A stretch of DNA of 64,000 nucleotides from a virus, in the IMG/VR virus record IMGVR_UViG_3300045806_000063, positions 64,001 through 128,000 of that record; one strand, written 5' to 3'. Positions 41,075 to 51,070 of this stretch are shown in pieces (position 1 is the first letter of the stretch; each line of letters starts with the position of its first letter). The position numbers and the translations under genes are program-made. The notes beneath the pieces were generated by a model. It saw nothing but the letters and a program-made list of their open reading frames with translations. It was not told the origin of the DNA and made no database searches.

Positions 41075-41158
41075 TTATATATCATCTAGATGAGATTACT
41101 AAATTAGTATTTCTTAAGCAGCTATTCTTTTAATAGCAAATTAGATTTGGAGAATGAA
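41075..41158 (+). promoter_or_regulatory. Conserved cassette leader copy B
   Basis: atatatcatctagatgagattactaaat...ttcttaagcagctattcttttaatagcaaa...ggag. Confidence 0.85.
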
Positions 41159-41524
41159 ATGAAAGCAATTACAGTGCCAGGTACAATGGCGTCCATGTTA
41201 TCCATCCTGGATTCCCAATTCGGGAACGAAGGTGAGAAGAATTACCGTGCCTCTGAGGAGGTACGAGTGGTAACTGTGGCTAGTAAACCGCTGAAAAATA
41301 GCACGGTAGTCAAGTTCCTGGTACAGTCCACTAAGGACTACCAGTTAGTGGGAGCGGCACAAGCTACTCTCACAGAAGATGGTAAGAACTACGACTACAC
41401 GAGGCTAGTCTGTACCAATGCAATATACGACCCTAGCGGCTTAGGCTTCTCACTAGTAGGGTTCAGTGAGGAGGACCTAGAAGGGTGGGATCATTTTGAG
41501 GTGGAGCCACTGGCTATCCTCTAA
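41159..41524 (+). CDS. Hypothetical cassette gene B (start probably ATG 41159 rather than TTG 41147)
   Basis: GGAG RBS 6 nt before the ATG; GC-richer. Confidence 0.75.
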   Translation: MKAITVPGTMASMLSILDSQFGNEGEKNYRASEEVRVVTVASKPLKNSTVVKFLVQSTKDYQLVGAAQATLTEDGKNYDYTRLVCTNAIYDPSGLGFSLVGFSEEDLEGWDHFEVEPLAIL

Positions 41525-41536
41525 GTAGGACTTTGT

Positions 41537-41568
41537 GGAGTGAGGAGAGCCTAGGCTCTCCTCACTCC
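41537..41568. terminator. Perfect 32-bp palindrome, CCTAGG centre
   Basis: ggagtgaggagagcct|aggctctcctcactcc. Confidence 0.9.
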
Positions 41569-41580
41569 CATCCTGTTTAA

Positions 41581-41620
41581 TTATTTTTTTTCTTTTAAAT
41601 TGTAAACATATATTATCTGA
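41581..41620 (+). promoter_or_regulatory. 40-bp repeated early promoter block
   Basis: 39/40 identical to 54620-54659; contains aaacatatattatct. Confidence 0.8.
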
Positions 41621-41658
41621 TAGCTATAACGTAATTAAATTTATTTGGAGAATAAAGT

Positions 41659-42060
41659 ATGAAAACTAAACAATGTGAACAAAACCCATTCGCCGTTTGG
41701 TTAAGGCTATTCAGAAACCAACGCGGTTACAGTCTGGAAAGACTAAGTTGTGAAGTTGAGTGTGGTATAAGCTATCTTTCGAAAGTAGAATTAGGTAAAG
41801 TCCCTACTCCTTTCTGGTTACCAGACCGCTTGCTAGAACTATACCCACTTCTAAGTCTTAATGAAGAGTTTAAAAAAGCATTAATGTTAGGAGACTTTAC
41901 TACTCACACTAAAGGCAATGGTCAGACAAGAGAAATGCATATTAATAAATCAACTGTTATACGACTGTTTAATGGAGTAATTGATAGTCTGAGTGATCAA
42001 GGTCTAATTGATTTATGTAATCTTTTACTAAAGTTCCAACCTACTGTTACGGAGAAATGA
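41659..42060 (+). CDS. XRE-family HTH regulator
   Basis: LRLFRNQRGYSLERLSCEVECGISYLSKVELGK. Confidence 0.85.
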   Translation: MKTKQCEQNPFAVWLRLFRNQRGYSLERLSCEVECGISYLSKVELGKVPTPFWLPDRLLELYPLLSLNEEFKKALMLGDFTTHTKGNGQTREMHINKSTVIRLFNGVIDSLSDQGLIDLCNLLLKFQPTVTEK

Positions 42061-42440
42061 TGTCAATGAATAGCAAATTAATATCCCCCTTTGGGAAAAG
42101 GTTACGGAAGTTTAGAATTGATACTGGGATTACTCAAGCCGAAATGGCTAAAGCATTAGGGTATTCATCTTCCTTTTTGTCAAATCTAGAATTGGGTAAA
42201 GTTAATGCAACCAAGGAAATGATAGACAAGTTACTAACAACATTCGAAAGTTTACGACCATTCGAATATCAGTTAAGAAAGTTGGCATCCGAATCTCAAG
42301 CCAGAATAGATATTCACACATACAACCTATCCCTCGATAGAAGAAAATTACTGAGCTTAATGGCTGCAAACATAACGCATCTGTCAGATTTTCAAGTAAA
42401 GAGATTTATAGATTCTTTAAACCACGTTACGGAAAAGTAA
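42057..42440 (+). CDS. XRE-family HTH regulator (paralog)
   Basis: FGKRLRKFRIDTGITQAEMAKALGYSSSFLSNLELGK; shares the C-terminal VTEK. Confidence 0.88.
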   Translation: MMSMNSKLISPFGKRLRKFRIDTGITQAEMAKALGYSSSFLSNLELGKVNATKEMIDKLLTTFESLRPFEYQLRKLASESQARIDIHTYNLSLDRRKLLSLMAANITHLSDFQVKRFIDSLNHVTEK

Positions 42441-42446
42441 AAGTAA

Positions 42447-43130
42447 ATGAACACCACATCCCCTGATGTTAATATCCATAAATTAGCCTTAAATATAGAG
42501 GCTGCTGTTAAAGAAATATCATTAATGGAGAAAGAACTTAGAACTATGAAGAAAGATGGGATCTTAATCCCAGATAAACTGAATCAGTTAATTGATTCCT
42601 CAAAAAAGAGACTGAAGAGACAACGCAGAGAAGTCAATAGAATGATCTGTATAACTGATTTCCAGAAGGGGTTAGAAAGATATAAAGAATTTTTCAGCTT
42701 TACCTGTTGGGAACCAACTCCTTTTGCTATGGTGTCTCGTGAGGTTATCGAGTCTACGTCTTTGGAAGTAGGTGAGTTAGTTTTTATAATATACCCACGA
42801 GATGCGTTGAGTTCTGAAGTTCCTGTTGAGTTCGGTAAAGGACATTTTTGTCTAGTAGTAAAATGGGATTTTACCGACACACATGCAATCATTGAAGACT
42901 CGTTTACTGGAAGACGATTTGAAGTTGATAAGCGTTACATTTATCCTAAATCCACGATATGTAATCAGATAATAAATCTTTTCACATTACAAAGCTGTCT
43001 AGCGAAAGAAGATCTTGCTCAGCAGACAGATACTCTCTGGGATGCCGGAGGATCTATCATTAGATATGGTAAATTAATTAACGATAGACGAATATCGGCA
43101 ATGTGTGAAAGTTTCACTAAAATCAAATAG
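42447..43130 (+). CDS. Hypothetical protein
   Basis: 227-aa ORF, N-terminal coiled coil. Confidence 0.7.
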   Translation: MNTTSPDVNIHKLALNIEAAVKEISLMEKELRTMKKDGILIPDKLNQLIDSSKKRLKRQRREVNRMICITDFQKGLERYKEFFSFTCWEPTPFAMVSREVIESTSLEVGELVFIIYPRDALSSEVPVEFGKGHFCLVVKWDFTDTHAIIEDSFTGRRFEVDKRYIYPKSTICNQIINLFTLQSCLAKEDLAQQTDTLWDAGGSIIRYGKLINDRRISAMCESFTKIK

Positions 43131-43163
43131 CAATAACTTATTTAATATAACTGGAGTAAAAAA

Positions 43164-44129
43164 ATGAATAAAACTGAACAACTAATTTGGATCGATATCG
43201 AAACTACTGGATTTGATCCAAGATCAGATAAAATACTGGAAATTGCAGTAATAGTAACTGCACCTGATTTAATCGTAGACGATAGTAAGGTATTCACTTC
43301 TGCTATCAGAAAGGCTAAGTTTCAGTTAAAAGAAATGACAGAATGGTCCACTAAGCAGCATACTGAAAGCGGTCTCATAGCTAAGTGTCTAGATAATGCA
43401 ACACCAGTTATGACGGAAGTGGAAGCTCAGATACTTGAGTTCTTAAGTGTTCATACGGAAAAGGGCAAATGTCCAATAGCGGGCAGTAGTGTTTGGTTTG
43501 ATAAAGCTTTTCTCCAGTATCAAATGCCGTCACTGTATGACTGGTTACATTATCGGATAATCGATGTGTCCTCCATCATGCGTTTCATCAGAATGTATGA
43601 TGAACTCCCTCCAAGTAAAAAACTAAAACCGCACACCGCATTAGCTGATTTACAAGAAAGTATTGGGGAATTTAGAGAGTATAGAGATTCTCTATTTCCA
43701 AACTGGGCAGGGGGGTTATCAGTGCCCGACCTTTATCCACAATCCGCTACTGCAGTAGCGGCAAGGTATAAGAGAGAAGAAGAGGAGTCGTGGAAAAAAG
43801 AACATAACTTTAAGAAAGTTTTCACTGGATTCTTTGATGCTCCGCCTCGTGGATTTAAAGGTATAGATCTTAAAGATTCAGAGGTGCATAAAGAGGAAGA
43901 GGTGGTGCAAGATTCCTCTCAAACTATTTTCGATATACGCACTGATAGATTGTTAACGACCACGATGGTTTGTAACAAATTAGAAATAGTTAGAAGTACC
44001 CTGTACAACTGGATGAATGACTCCCGTAAGGAGTTTCCAAAGCCTATCGATAAGGCTGTACTAGGTAATCAGTGGTCAGAAAAGACGATTGATGAATGGG
44101 TTATGAAGATGAAAGGGGTAAATAAGTAA
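43164..44129 (+). CDS. orn: Oligoribonuclease (DEDDh) fused to a C-terminal AlpA-like HTH
   Basis: LIWIDIETTG.D...ILEIA, IAGSSVWFDKAFL, HYRIIDVSS, HTALADLQES. C-terminus LLTTTMVCNKLEIVRSTLYNWM...FPKP...W....IDEW. Confidence 0.88.
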   Translation: MNKTEQLIWIDIETTGFDPRSDKILEIAVIVTAPDLIVDDSKVFTSAIRKAKFQLKEMTEWSTKQHTESGLIAKCLDNATPVMTEVEAQILEFLSVHTEKGKCPIAGSSVWFDKAFLQYQMPSLYDWLHYRIIDVSSIMRFIRMYDELPPSKKLKPHTALADLQESIGEFREYRDSLFPNWAGGLSVPDLYPQSATAVAARYKREEEESWKKEHNFKKVFTGFFDAPPRGFKGIDLKDSEVHKEEEVVQDSSQTIFDIRTDRLLTTTMVCNKLEIVRSTLYNWMNDSRKEFPKPIDKAVLGNQWSEKTIDEWVMKMKGVNK

Positions 44130-44665
44130 TGGAAAAAACAAATGTAGTATCCTTATCCGAGGCAAGATTTAACAAACGACTAGATAAGGTTCTGGAAAAA
44201 GGTGAAGTCTTTATTGGGATCGAAGAGAATAATGGTAATATAGGTAAATTAGTCCTACCATTTATCATTGACCTATTGTCAATTACTGATCCGGTAAACG
44301 TTGAACTGGATGACATGGTCTTTGGATATAGTCATATTTCTTGTGTGAATCTTAGTACTGGAGAAATTACAGATGCTGATAGTTTCGTTACATCCGGAAT
44401 CTCATACACTTTATGTGAAAAATATACTGGAGCAGATACAGAATACCGTATTTCATTTAGACCAACGATGCCGGATGATCTGTCTCAGGCTGTCTCAAAA
44501 TTAAGAGTAGCTGAACTATTGAATCTTAATATCGTCATCCATGATAAACGATGCATTATTGTTAAATCATTTGAATGGAGTACAAATAAACTAGACGGTA
44601 CAGAAGAGTGGTTTTATGAAAAAGGCACGGGAATGTCTTTAATCAGGAAGTTTCTACCCTCGTAA
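44129..44665 (+). CDS. Hypothetical protein
   Basis: Coupled ORF. Confidence 0.7.
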   Translation: MEKTNVVSLSEARFNKRLDKVLEKGEVFIGIEENNGNIGKLVLPFIIDLLSITDPVNVELDDMVFGYSHISCVNLSTGEITDADSFVTSGISYTLCEKYTGADTEYRISFRPTMPDDLSQAVSKLRVAELLNLNIVIHDKRCIIVKSFEWSTNKLDGTEEWFYEKGTGMSLIRKFLPS

Positions 44666-44743
44666 ACTATCAGGTAGTAATAATAAAAGAGTTGAAGGTA
44701 TGTTATGAAGCACTATTTCATACCTTCAACCTGAGAACTAAAT

Positions 44744-44986
44744 ATGAAAATATCTGACTACGACGTTCGTCTGACAATTCATTTTGTAGTGGATGTGTAT
44801 GTCAGACGTTTTAATAACGGTGAGTTATCAGAACATGATAAAATGGTGCATTATAATTTAGCTAGAGGGAAACTTAGTGGTATTGAACTACTTATTCAGA
44901 ATAGTAAAGCACTGACTGAAATAGTTACGGATGCTAAACTTCAATTACTGAAATTAAAACCATTGATTAAGAGTAGAAAGACATGA
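44744..44986 (+). CDS. Hypothetical protein
   Basis: 80-aa ORF coupled to the next gene. Confidence 0.6.
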   Translation: MKISDYDVRLTIHFVVDVYVRRFNNGELSEHDKMVHYNLARGKLSGIELLIQNSKALTEIVTDAKLQLLKLKPLIKSRKT

Positions 44987-45378
44987 TACAATATTTAGAA
45001 GGAGTAAAATATGAAATCCCAGTACCATTAACAACTGAAGTACTGGATGTAGTTTTAACTGATACATTTCTTGAATTTGCCCATATGGGGATGATTGGAA
45101 TAGCGCCGCTAAATGAAGAAGATACTGCGGCATTATTCATCCTTTATAGATGGCCTATGGAAACTGCACAATCGTTAGTTAGAGAAGTGCAGTTAAGGAG
45201 ACCTGGTGTTTCTTTGATGGTAATCAATCTATCAGACGGTATGTTATTGGACTTACAGAAAGAACCAGTAACTGTAAGTGTAGACACCATGCCGTACACT
45301 GTAAGAATTCAGTATACTGAAACTGCTAAGAGTGGTAAAAAACGTGTTATGATTGAATCTGCACCTGGTCTACATTAA
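44983..45378 (+). CDS. Hypothetical protein
   Basis: 131-aa ORF ending before a palindrome. Confidence 0.65.
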   Translation: MIQYLEGVKYEIPVPLTTEVLDVVLTDTFLEFAHMGMIGIAPLNEEDTAALFILYRWPMETAQSLVREVQLRRPGVSLMVINLSDGMLLDLQKEPVTVSVDTMPYTVRIQYTETAKSGKKRVMIESAPGLH

Positions 45379-45387
45379 AATCCGCTA

Positions 45388-45429
45388 TATCATATCCACT
45401 CAGAGCTTAAGCTCTGAGTGGATATGATA
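45388..45429. terminator. Perfect 42-bp palindrome, CTTAAG centre
   Basis: tatcatatccactcagagctt|aagctctgagtggatatgata. Confidence 0.9.
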
Positions 45430-45485
45430 GTCGTTATTTTTTCTTATCTTTTATATGAATCGTTTGTAATGTTAATTAATCTGGA

Positions 45486-48400
45486 GTGGTAATGAGTTCT
45501 CTACTAAAAATAAAAGAATTTGAAACAAGATTTACTGTAAATCAAATAACGAAAATATCAGGATCATTCAAAAAATTTACACCTGATGTAATGTTTTTAC
45601 CTGAGAATGCAATGATTCATTTCATTGCTGAGACTAGCACTGAACTAGGTATTGATAAAAGTTTTTCACTACTGAGAAACTACTACAATGCTACGACCAT
45701 TTACCATGTTAAAGAACTTAAAGCAGTAGTAGGCTCTCCTTCTGCAGTTAGAGGGACTACAATTAAGCAACTGATAATTGCATACCATCGTACTCATCTA
45801 GAGATTAAAGAGTTATCTAATTTGGATAGATCTGTGTCTCTTGAAAAGAATCCAATCGTTGTAAACTATGCATTGTTAGCTAGAGTGTATAGTTATCCAA
45901 AACACGTCTTAAGCGAATATCATGAGTGGATGAATATACGAACCACTATGTGGGATACGATAGCTCAGATTGGTAGTAGGCGAGAACATTTTATTCGTTT
46001 TAAATTACCACTTCATCTTCAAACTAAGAATGAGTTAAACAAGTGTTTATCAGGGTTTAATTCTAGTGACTTAAACAACTTCCACACTAAAGATGATTTT
46101 GATTTAATGGAGTTATGGCAGATACTACATCCTCAAATTGAAACTCCAGTAACAAAGATTAGTGACTCTATATTGAGTAATGTATTTTTGACCTTTATTG
46201 AATCTGGGGTAATAGCTATAATTTCTTTAGGGGAGTTAATAGAATGGGCAGTAGAGGACTATGAGACTGCTACGAATAGCTTTCATAAATTCTTGGATAC
46301 CCTGATAGGGTTAAGAAGTCCTATTGATCTGAAGCAATTAGAATCTGATTCTGCTGACTTAGCTGATCATGTTGATGTTGATAGTAAAATAGTAAAGCTG
46401 ATTAATGCACATGGTGAAGTAGGAAATATATCCCATGGTGAACAGAAAGCTTTATTGAAATTATCAGAAAGATATAAAACCATAAAAGATCCAGCAGGTT
46501 CTGGTTTTACAGTAGAAGAATTAACGAAAGGTCCTCAAAATAAACCAATACTGAGAGAAGCTTTAATAAATGATCCTGCTGGTGTTATTAATCAGGATAT
46601 GCTTTATTCAAGTGTAGATTACAAAGAAAAAGCATATGTAAAAGATGTAATGCATAAAAATATGCTGCAAATGATTCTAAAATTACAGGATGGCGGCATC
46701 ATCATTAAGGATATAAAACTTAACAAAAGAATAGATGCAGCTAACAAACAGTTTGAATATACAGTAGCAGTGACTCCTGTAGCCGGGGAAGCTAGTACAT
46801 TGCCAATAACTATACCGGTTATAGAACCTGACGGAAGTTTCCTGCTGGGGGCTACTAAGTATAGGTTAGATACTCAGAAAGGTGAAATGCCGGTAGTAAA
46901 GACTAAAGCGAACACAGTAGCCTTAACTAGCTACTATAGTAAAATCTTTATAATAAGAACTGAATCTGCAAACCTAAACTATAGCAGATGGATTAGCAAA
47001 ATACTATTAAATCAGAGTGAAGCTGGAGGAGTGGTAACTGACTTAATTCATGGGATATCACACATAACCGATAAAGTCCCTAGAGGTTACTCAGCTATTG
47101 GTGAGAACTATAAGAGTTTCACAGTAAAAGGACAGTATGCTTTTACTTTTGCTTACTCTGACATTAACACTAATTTTACACCAGAAGAAGTGACTACCTT
47201 TGAACAGATGAAACTCGTACCTTGCGGTAGAGATTTAAAATCAAAATCACCTATTGGGATGGACGCTGAAGGTAAAATATATTTGGTTGTTATCAAAGAT
47301 AAAAATGATGGTATGATTTATTTGGGAACTATTCCAAATTTAATTAGTGAAGATCTTGGTAATGGTCCTAATGAGTTTACTGAGTTTGGTATGTTTGGTA
47401 AAAGGGTACCTATCATCTTAGCTTTAATGATGAGGGATGGTCTTGAAAAGACTCTAAAAAATTTACATGTAGAGTATAGCATAAATCCAGTTGCATCAAC
47501 CAGGATAGTTTTTGACCCTACTAAGCTTATCTTAAAGTGTAAAGATTCCACATACATCATAGACATAACTAACCCTTTCAGACGATTAATAGTTTCAGGG
47601 TTATATGTGTTAAGGGATATAAGTACACGATATAAAGCTATCGACTTTAACCATACTCAGTCCTATGGTTCAATATTCTCTGCTATTGGGTTAAGCTCCC
47701 ACTATATTAAAGAAATTGATTTAATGTGGGATATGTTTATAGATCCAATAACTGAAGAACTTTTAACAGTGACAAAAGAACCTACCAATTTTAAAGACCT
47801 GCTATTACATGCTAGCGACTTGTTAATAGATGACCATATACCTGATGTAACTAGTGTTAGGAATAAAGGTTATGAACGTATATGCGGAATGGTATATCGT
47901 GAACTCGTATTAGCCATGCGCGAGCATAGAGGCAAAGGATCATCAGTTGGTTCAAAGTTTACACTAAATCCTAATGCGATAATGATGTCGATACAACAAG
48001 ATCAAACACAGACATTAGTCGAGGAATCAAACCCTATACATAACCTGAAAGAAAAGGAATCAGTAACATGTGTTGGTGCAGGGGGACGAAATACTGATAC
48101 GATGATGCATAAGGATCGTGGGTTCACTAAACATGATTTTGGTATTTTATCTACTGATACTCCTGACTCTGGAAAGGTAGGGGTTCGTGGAAGTTTAGCA
48201 CCTGATGCAAACTATACTTCGGTGTATGGTACTGTGGAGGCTCTAGATCCTGCGACAGCTAAAAACCCAGTACAAGTATTAAGTACCTCAATGTTATTAG
48301 CTCCTGGAGTTACCCATGACGATGGTAGACGTGGCAACTTTATAGGTATTCAAAATAGTCACACAGTAGGATGTGAAAATTATGATGCTTTACCTTATTG

Positions 48401-49448
48401 TACAGGATATGAAGAGGTAGTAGCAGGTAGAACCGATGAACTCTTTGCAATAAAAGCTAAAGAAGATGGAACTGTTGAAAAGGTAACTGCTTCCATGTTA
48501 ACCGTTATCTTTAAAGGAGCAGGAAAGGTAAACTATGAAATCGGTGTACGACACGGTGTTGCTTCTGGTAAAGTTACTCCTCATAATAGAGTAACTGATC
48601 TTAGAGCTGGTGATAAATTTAACAAGAATGATATTTTGATATGGGATTCAGGTTTCTTTGAAAGAAGTTTAATAAATCCTAACAACGTAGTTCATAAACA
48701 AGGGATCTTAGCTAGGTTTGTTTTTGTTGACAATGCTTTAACCAATGAAGACGGCTGTGTTATCACTGATAAGTTTGCATCTAAGATATATACCATGAAA
48801 ACTAAGTTACATGCCATTATCATAGATTTTGATATGATAGTCCATAATTTAGTCACTGTCGGAACAGAAGTCACTCCTGAAACCATTCTATGTACCCTGG
48901 AGGGGTTTGTTCACGATGCTTTACAAACTAAAGATCCTGAGGCTATAAAGGCTTTGTCTGACATTAGTGCTGGTAATCCTAAAGCAAAAGTCTATGGTAA
49001 AATAACTAATATGGATATGGTTTACTATGGAAAGATAGAGGATATGCATTCTAGTATGCAGGAATTAGCTACCAAGTTTGATAACAGTAGGGCTAAACGT
49101 GTGAATACTTTTAACCTTGACGAAGCTAAGACTGGAAAGATCTCAAGTTCGATAAGGGTAGGTGGTATTAAACTTGAACCAAATCAAATGGCTATCAGGA
49201 TCTATATCGATGATATACTGGATATGAATACTGGTGATAAAGGTGTAGTGTGTCATCAATTGAAGACTACGATATCTTCAGTCACTCCAGATCCAATAAC
49301 AACTGAAGATGGACAGGAATTAGATGGCGAGTTTGCTTACATGTCAATTAGTAACCGAATCGTCGAGTCTGTTATTATAGTTGGAATGGCGTGTGAGATA
49401 CTGGCTGCTGGTACTAAAAATATGGTAAAGATTTATAAATCACATTAA
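45486..49448 (+). CDS. rpoB: Virion RNAP beta N-terminal subunit (phiKZ gp178-like)
   Basis: TPDSGKVG, HDDGRRGNFIGIQNSH, EDGCVI, GDK..VCHQLK motifs of RpoB. Confidence 0.92.
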   Translation: MVMSSLLKIKEFETRFTVNQITKISGSFKKFTPDVMFLPENAMIHFIAETSTELGIDKSFSLLRNYYNATTIYHVKELKAVVGSPSAVRGTTIKQLIIAYHRTHLEIKELSNLDRSVSLEKNPIVVNYALLARVYSYPKHVLSEYHEWMNIRTTMWDTIAQIGSRREHFIRFKLPLHLQTKNELNKCLSGFNSSDLNNFHTKDDFDLMELWQILHPQIETPVTKISDSILSNVFLTFIESGVIAIISLGELIEWAVEDYETATNSFHKFLDTLIGLRSPIDLKQLESDSADLADHVDVDSKIVKLINAHGEVGNISHGEQKALLKLSERYKTIKDPAGSGFTVEELTKGPQNKPILREALINDPAGVINQDMLYSSVDYKEKAYVKDVMHKNMLQMILKLQDGGIIIKDIKLNKRIDAANKQFEYTVAVTPVAGEASTLPITIPVIEPDGSFLLGATKYRLDTQKGEMPVVKTKANTVALTSYYSKIFIIRTESANLNYSRWISKILLNQSEAGGVVTDLIHGISHITDKVPRGYSAIGENYKSFTVKGQYAFTFAYSDINTNFTPEEVTTFEQMKLVPCGRDLKSKSPIGMDAEGKIYLVVIKDKNDGMIYLGTIPNLISEDLGNGPNEFTEFGMFGKRVPIILALMMRDGLEKTLKNLHVEYSINPVASTRIVFDPTKLILKCKDSTYIIDITNPFRRLIVSGLYVLRDISTRYKAIDFNHTQSYGSIFSAIGLSSHYIKEIDLMWDMFIDPITEELLTVTKEPTNFKDLLLHASDLLIDDHIPDVTSVRNKGYERICGMVYRELVLAMREHRGKGSSVGSKFTLNPNAIMMSIQQDQTQTLVEESNPIHNLKEKESVTCVGAGGRNTDTMMHKDRGFTKHDFGILSTDTPDSGKVGVRGSLAPDANYTSVYGTVEALDPATAKNPVQVLSTSMLLAPGVTHDDGRRGNFIGIQNSHTVGCENYDALPYCTGYEEVVAGRTDELFAIKAKEDGTVEKVTASMLTVIFKGAGKVNYEIGVRHGVASGKVTPHNRVTDLRAGDKFNKNDILIWDSGFFERSLINPNNVVHKQGILARFVFVDNALTNEDGCVITDKFASKIYTMKTKLHAIIIDFDMIVHNLVTVGTEVTPETILCTLEGFVHDALQTKDPEAIKALSDISAGNPKAKVYGKITNMDMVYYGKIEDMHSSMQELATKFDNSRAKRVNTFNLDEAKTGKISSSIRVGGIKLEPNQMAIRIYIDDILDMNTGDKGVVCHQLKTTISSVTPDPITTEDGQELDGEFAYMSISNRIVESVIIVGMACEILAAGTKNMVKIYKSH

Positions 49449-49462
49449 AAGGAATATAGTAA

Positions 49463-49642
49463 ATGAATTTAACTTCTGAACAACAAAAGTTTAAAGAAAG
49501 TAAAGTGGCAGCAGCAATAACAGTTGATCTGGCTACCGAAATACTTAAACTGGTAGCTAATAAAACAATGGCTAATCAGTTAGATTTGAATGCATTGCCG
49601 GATATCGCTGCAAGTGCATTATCTTCCTCTATTAACGTTTAA
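49463..49642 (+). CDS. Small 59-aa protein not in the ORF track
   Basis: AAGGA RBS; MNLTSEQQKFKESKVAAAITVDLATEILKLV...SINV*; fills the gap between beta-N and the next gene. Confidence 0.6.
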   Translation: MNLTSEQQKFKESKVAAAITVDLATEILKLVANKTMANQLDLNALPDIAASALSSSINV

Positions 49643-49651
49643 GGTGCTGCA

Positions 49652-51070
49652 ATGTTAAATGAAAGAAATCTGAAATTAGGTCATGAGATAGCTGCATCCT
49701 TGGAGTACAGTAATAAGAATCTTCTTCCAGTTCCTCAAGGGCCGATTGATACTATTATGAAGGCCTTATATCTTGATAATGCCACGATTGACAATGGTAC
49801 GATCCTTGAAGTCGCTGAAGTTAAAACTTCCGTCATGGGCAGTTATGAACAGGTACTAACGAAAGTTGCTCACACCTATTCAAACATCGTAAGCAATATA
49901 GTGAATGCTGCACGCAACACTGTAAAACCGTTAGTGGATAGAATCTTTGAAGAGGTTCATAAAAGTAATCAGAGTTCGCTACTGGAAGGAACAAATCTGT
50001 TTAAAGAAATTATTCAACTGGTACCACCAAGAATACTGTATGATGAACAGTTCGTTAATCTATTGGGTGAATACAAAGAAGTAATTTACCCAAACCTGAA
50101 TGAACTGAAAGATATCCTGCCAGTTCTTAACCATGTGTTCAGTTCAGACGAACTGTACGACCTTACCTTGACAGGGAGTCCATTAATCGATGGTAAGTTG
50201 AGAGAAGTAATTAAACCTAACTCAGTACTGTCATTGGCTCCAGACTACAATCATAGTGCAGATATGATACCTTTCATTCCTGCACTTACGCTATTTATGT
50301 TATTACAAGGTGTAATAAATCGACGCTCTGATAAAGTAGATTCCATGTTCGAAGGAGAGTTACTTGAATCTCAAGTACTGAGTATGCGAAATGCAGTAGG
50401 TGGTGCCTTACATCGTCTGTCTAAAGAGTTTATAGATGATATCGAACAAAATCGTATCTTCTGTAAACGTCCAAGACTGTACTGTGTTTCACCTGAGATG
50501 CACGACTATGATCAGGAACAAATATATGTATATGCAAAAGCATACCAGGAATGGATTGCTGGAAGTAATGGATCTATCGAGGCATTATTAGGGTTTGTTG
50601 CAGAACATCCAAATGAACTGTTTAATGAGAACCTTATAAAGGATGCAAAAAGATATGAAGAGATTTATCATCAAAAAATCAGATCTTTGGATATCGTCAA
50701 ATCATTAAACGATATCACTCGTATCAGAAAAATTACTCACACCATCATGGAAAGTTATCTGAATGTAAATAATGATGGTACAACTGCTGAACTAATTTTA
50801 CAGCATCAAAGATTAGCAGCAGCTATTGCTCATGATTACCATGGTCCTAATGATCTCGTACCTTATCTGATTAAAGTGGTAGCACGAACATTGTACCCTT
50901 CATTTAATTCAAAAATAGAAGAATTGAATAAGTCTGATGTTAAAGATGTTTTACTTGAAACATTTGCACTGACTTCTGATGTTGCTGAACCTGATCATGA
51001 GATGGCTTTATTTATAGCCACTACCAGGTTAGTGATGAAAAAGTTATCCAAAGAACTTATAATAGTCTAA
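49652..51070 (+). CDS. Virion/head structural protein (phiKZ gp177-like by synteny)
   Basis: Position between the gp178-like and gp176-like genes. Confidence 0.6.
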   Translation: MLNERNLKLGHEIAASLEYSNKNLLPVPQGPIDTIMKALYLDNATIDNGTILEVAEVKTSVMGSYEQVLTKVAHTYSNIVSNIVNAARNTVKPLVDRIFEEVHKSNQSSLLEGTNLFKEIIQLVPPRILYDEQFVNLLGEYKEVIYPNLNELKDILPVLNHVFSSDELYDLTLTGSPLIDGKLREVIKPNSVLSLAPDYNHSADMIPFIPALTLFMLLQGVINRRSDKVDSMFEGELLESQVLSMRNAVGGALHRLSKEFIDDIEQNRIFCKRPRLYCVSPEMHDYDQEQIYVYAKAYQEWIAGSNGSIEALLGFVAEHPNELFNENLIKDAKRYEEIYHQKIRSLDIVKSLNDITRIRKITHTIMESYLNVNNDGTTAELILQHQRLAAAIAHDYHGPNDLVPYLIKVVARTLYPSFNSKIEELNKSDVKDVLLETFALTSDVAEPDHEMALFIATTRLVMKKLSKELIIV

